This document shows, in pieces, positions 22,031 through 24,000 of a stretch of DNA of 24,000 bases; positions within the stretch are counted from its first letter, which is position 1; every line of letters begins with the position of its first letter. The DNA comes from Vibrio phage vB_ValM_R10Z. Location of the stretch: sequence record MT612988.1. One strand, 5' to 3'. Under the pieces are notes generated by a model that did not search any database, was not told the origin of the DNA, and saw only the letters and a program-made list of their open reading frames with translations. Position numbers and translations under genes: made by a program.

Positions 22031-22072
22031 CGTTGTCGATGTGAGTATATTACACAAGTCACATCGACAACG
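22031..22072. promoter_or_regulatory. 14-bp perfect inverted repeat enclosing a promoter (probable operator)
   Basis: CGTTGTCGATGTGA (22031..22044) and TCACATCGACAACG (22059..22072), 14-nt spacer containing minus-strand TAATAT (22047..22052); TTGCGT -35 at 22070..22075. Confidence 0.75.
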
Positions 22073-22082
22073 CAACCACTTT

Positions 22083-22244
22083 TTACATATTTTCTGTAAT
22101 TCTGAAAATATTAATCAGTGGGTATTTGTAAACCATACCGTCTTTCATCATCAAGCAGTAAAGACCGTCTTTGGTGTAAGCGTTCTTTACATTATCATGA
22201 ACAACTGGCTTGGCTTGTGATAGTAAATGTACAGCAATCATCAT
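22083..22244 (-). CDS. small hypothetical protein missed by ORF track
   Basis: Manual translation: MMIAVHLLSQAKPVVHDNVKNAYTKDGLYCLMMKDGMVYKYPLINIFRITENM*, 53 aa; start overlaps the upstream stop (ATGATGA). Confidence 0.6.
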   Translation of the reverse strand: MMIAVHLLSQAKPVVHDNVKNAYTKDGLYCLMMKDGMVYKYPLINIFRITENM

Positions 22245-22933
22245 AGTAGCCCAAGTTCCTCTTTCTCTTCGTCAGTGAAATCAACCGATACTTCATGACA
22301 TTCCATTTTCTCGGGTAGTTCTTCTAAATCAAGTGCGTAACGCGCTGCCATGATAAGCATCATTGCATCTTTCGCACAGTCGTGTACGCCGTTGTGGTGA
22401 ATGAAACCTGGCATTGCGTCACGACGAATTGGCACTTTACACATGTCACGTTGTAACATCAATGCTTCAATACGAGTACGAACATCACGGAATTTCCAGA
22501 ATCGTTCGATGACTGCATGACGCAAGCCGCTGTACTTGAAGCAATCTGCCATTAACGGGATATCGTAGTTATTACCGCGACAGTACAAGTGTGAACGACC
22601 GTCGTAGCGAGTGTTTTCTTCGATCCACTCAATGAACAACTTGTGACCTTCTTCAACCGACACGTCTTCTGCGCTAGGTATTAGAATTTCTTTCGCTTCT
22701 TTTGATTGCTCAGACCACCATTGCACAGTAGCTTTGTTAATGCTTCGCTTACCTTTCTGAGTTTTGATCTCAAACTTGCAACGAAAAGAGTTTTTCACAA
22801 GCTCTTGGTAGTCAGGGACTTTCGTAAAATCGTGCTCGAATTCAACTGCACCTAGTTCAATAACCGCTGCGTCGGGAGTCACGTCGAATCCCTCATAGTC
22901 GATTAGAATGTCATAGACGGGTTTATCACTCAT
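22241..22933 (-). CDS. dexA: DexA-like DEDDh 3'-5' exonuclease
   Basis: 'YDILIDYEGFDVTPDAAVIELGAVEFEHD' (DxE), 'RSHLYCRGNNYDIPLM', 'HHNGVHDCAKDAMMLI' (HxxxxD). Confidence 0.85.
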   Translation of the reverse strand: MSDKPVYDILIDYEGFDVTPDAAVIELGAVEFEHDFTKVPDYQELVKNSFRCKFEIKTQKGKRSINKATVQWWSEQSKEAKEILIPSAEDVSVEEGHKLFIEWIEENTRYDGRSHLYCRGNNYDIPLMADCFKYSGLRHAVIERFWKFRDVRTRIEALMLQRDMCKVPIRRDAMPGFIHHNGVHDCAKDAMMLIMAARYALDLEELPEKMECHEVSVDFTDEEKEELGLL

Positions 22934-23166
22934 GATATTTCCTTCTTCACGTCAAGTAATGTATGTAGCAAATCGAGCTTAGATTCGATTCTGCTTTGTT
23001 GTTTGTCAATGTCGCAAATCTTAGTTCGATTCGAAATCAACATCTTTTCTTTTTGCTCTTGGTCACGTGCAATATCCATTCGAAGAGAAGCTTCAATGCG
23101 CTCGTCCATGAGCACTGAACGCATTGAACCTAGAATCTCACCAGTTTTAGAAATAGGCGTGTGCAT
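22930..23166 (-). CDS. hypothetical coiled-coil-like protein
   Basis: 78 aa charged ORF between dexA and dut with 4-nt overlap at the 3' end. Confidence 0.65.
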   Translation of the reverse strand: MHTPISKTGEILGSMRSVLMDERIEASLRMDIARDQEQKEKMLISNRTKICDIDKQQSRIESKLDLLHTLLDVKKEIS

Positions 23167-23663
23167 TATTTCACCCCGCTCTCACCGAACCCACTAGCAC
23201 CGCGGTCAGTTTCTTCGTCGAAATCATCAACTACTTCAAACTGCACGTTTTTCACGTAAGTGTGGAAAATCAACTGACAGATACGATCACCGCGCTCAAT
23301 ATGCAGCACGTCGTCGCCTTCGTTGCGAATCTTGATCATGATTTCGCCTTGATAGTTCGCGTCGATAATCCCGATTGTGTTTGCAAGGCGTAAGAAGTGC
23401 TTGAACCCAAGACCGCTTCGCGGTGCAATCGCGCCGTATACACCTAAATCAGTGAATACTCGATGTAGTGGGTGCGAACCAATATGAATCTTGACACCAG
23501 ACGGGATAACGACTGAATCACCCGGTTGTAGCTCGATTGACTCTTCAATTGCAGCACGCAGATCAATACCCGCGTCATCTGGGTCTTTCACACCAATTGG
23601 CTCAATTGCTTTTAGACCAAGTTCTTTGTTTTCTTTGTAGTGAGGCAGGTAAATAATCTTCAT
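23166..23663 (-). CDS. dut: dUTP diphosphatase (trimeric dUTPase)
   Basis: 'DDAGIDLRAAIEE', 'APRSGLGFKHFLRLANTIGIIDANYQGEI', 'ERGDRICQLIF', 'DRGASGFGESG'. ATG at 23663 overlaps the primase stop (TAATG); the track start at 23678 is possible. Confidence 0.95.
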   Translation of the reverse strand: MKIIYLPHYKENKELGLKAIEPIGVKDPDDAGIDLRAAIEESIELQPGDSVVIPSGVKIHIGSHPLHRVFTDLGVYGAIAPRSGLGFKHFLRLANTIGIIDANYQGEIMIKIRNEGDDVLHIERGDRICQLIFHTYVKNVQFEVVDDFDEETDRGASGFGESGVK

Positions 23664-24000
23664 TAAATTTTCTTCCATCTGTTAAGTCGATTTGTAGCCA
23701 TTAGACCGCTAACGGCATTTTCATAAATGTATTGCTGAATGAACTCAGCAGATACACCAGCTTTGACAAAATCATTGATGTCTTTCTTATCAATAATTTG
23801 AGGTGGGAGCTTATCCCAAATAACAACACGCTCACCCGCTCTGATTAGAACTTGAAGACGCTTTACAACGTCTGGGTGGCGAGGCTCATTATCAAGCGCC
23901 CAAATGCGATTCCCCGCATAGGGTGCATTTTGTGGACTGACTTGTCCACCTACTATAGCACAGCAATTGTAGAGGAATAAACTATCAATCGGGCCCTCAA
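23663..24000 (-). CDS. 61: DNA primase C-terminus (T4 gp61-like), partial
   Basis: Manual translation of the minus strand: 'EGPIDSLFLYNCCAIVGGQVSPQNAPYAGNRIWALDNEPRHPDVVKRLQVLIRAGERVVIWDKLPPQIIDKKDINDFVKAG...ENAVSGLMATNRLNRWKKI*', gp61-like Toprim region. Confidence 0.85.
   Translation of the reverse strand, partial: EGPIDSLFLYNCCAIVGGQVSPQNAPYAGNRIWALDNEPRHPDVVKRLQVLIRAGERVVIWDKLPPQIIDKKDINDFVKAGVSAEFIQQYIYENAVSGLMATNRLNRWKKI

Noticed and set aside
1-24000. CRISPR arrays, tRNA genes, transposons, retrons or reverse transcriptases
   Set aside because: No regularly spaced ~30-bp repeats, no cloverleaf-like segments noticed in the few intergenic gaps, and no transposase/integrase/RT motifs in the ORFs. 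A tRNAscan-SE/Infernal run would be needed to exclude small RNAs formally.

Overview
This window looks like a non-structural region of a large T4-like (Tevenvirinae-related) myophage genome. Vibrio or a marine gammaproteobacterium is a plausible host, but that is inference. Nearly all genes are on the minus strand, tightly packed, often with ATGA or TAATG overlaps. Supported phage functions: late sigma factor gp55, a short gp23/gp24-family capsid-like protein, glutaredoxin, SprT-like metalloprotease, ADP-ribosyltransferase (the only confident plus-strand gene), ATP-dependent DNA ligase, HAD-like phosphatase, calcineurin-like phosphoesterase, topoisomerase II large subunit, Sir2-like protein, nucleotidyltransferase-like protein, MazG-like pyrophosphohydrolase, thymidylate synthase, peptidyl-tRNA-hydrolase-2-like protein, DexA-like exonuclease, dUTPase, and the C-terminus of a gp61-like primase. 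The most interesting signals are: (i) a repeated promoter module (-35 / 17-18 nt / -10 / exactly 5 nt / CATCRA) ahead of four small transcription units, one of them inside a 14-bp perfect inverted repeat; (ii) exact or near-exact T4-type late promoters (TATAAATA) ahead of the isolated capsid-like gene, an unknown 293-aa gene and the ADP-ribosyltransferase; (iii) a 67-aa protein with a perfect type IV prepilin N-terminus; (iv) a zinc-cysteine-less Sir2-like protein with altered NAD-site motifs; (v) five 9-bp-phased CTAA repeats upstream of the glutaredoxin gene. No tRNA, CRISPR array or transposon was recognised.
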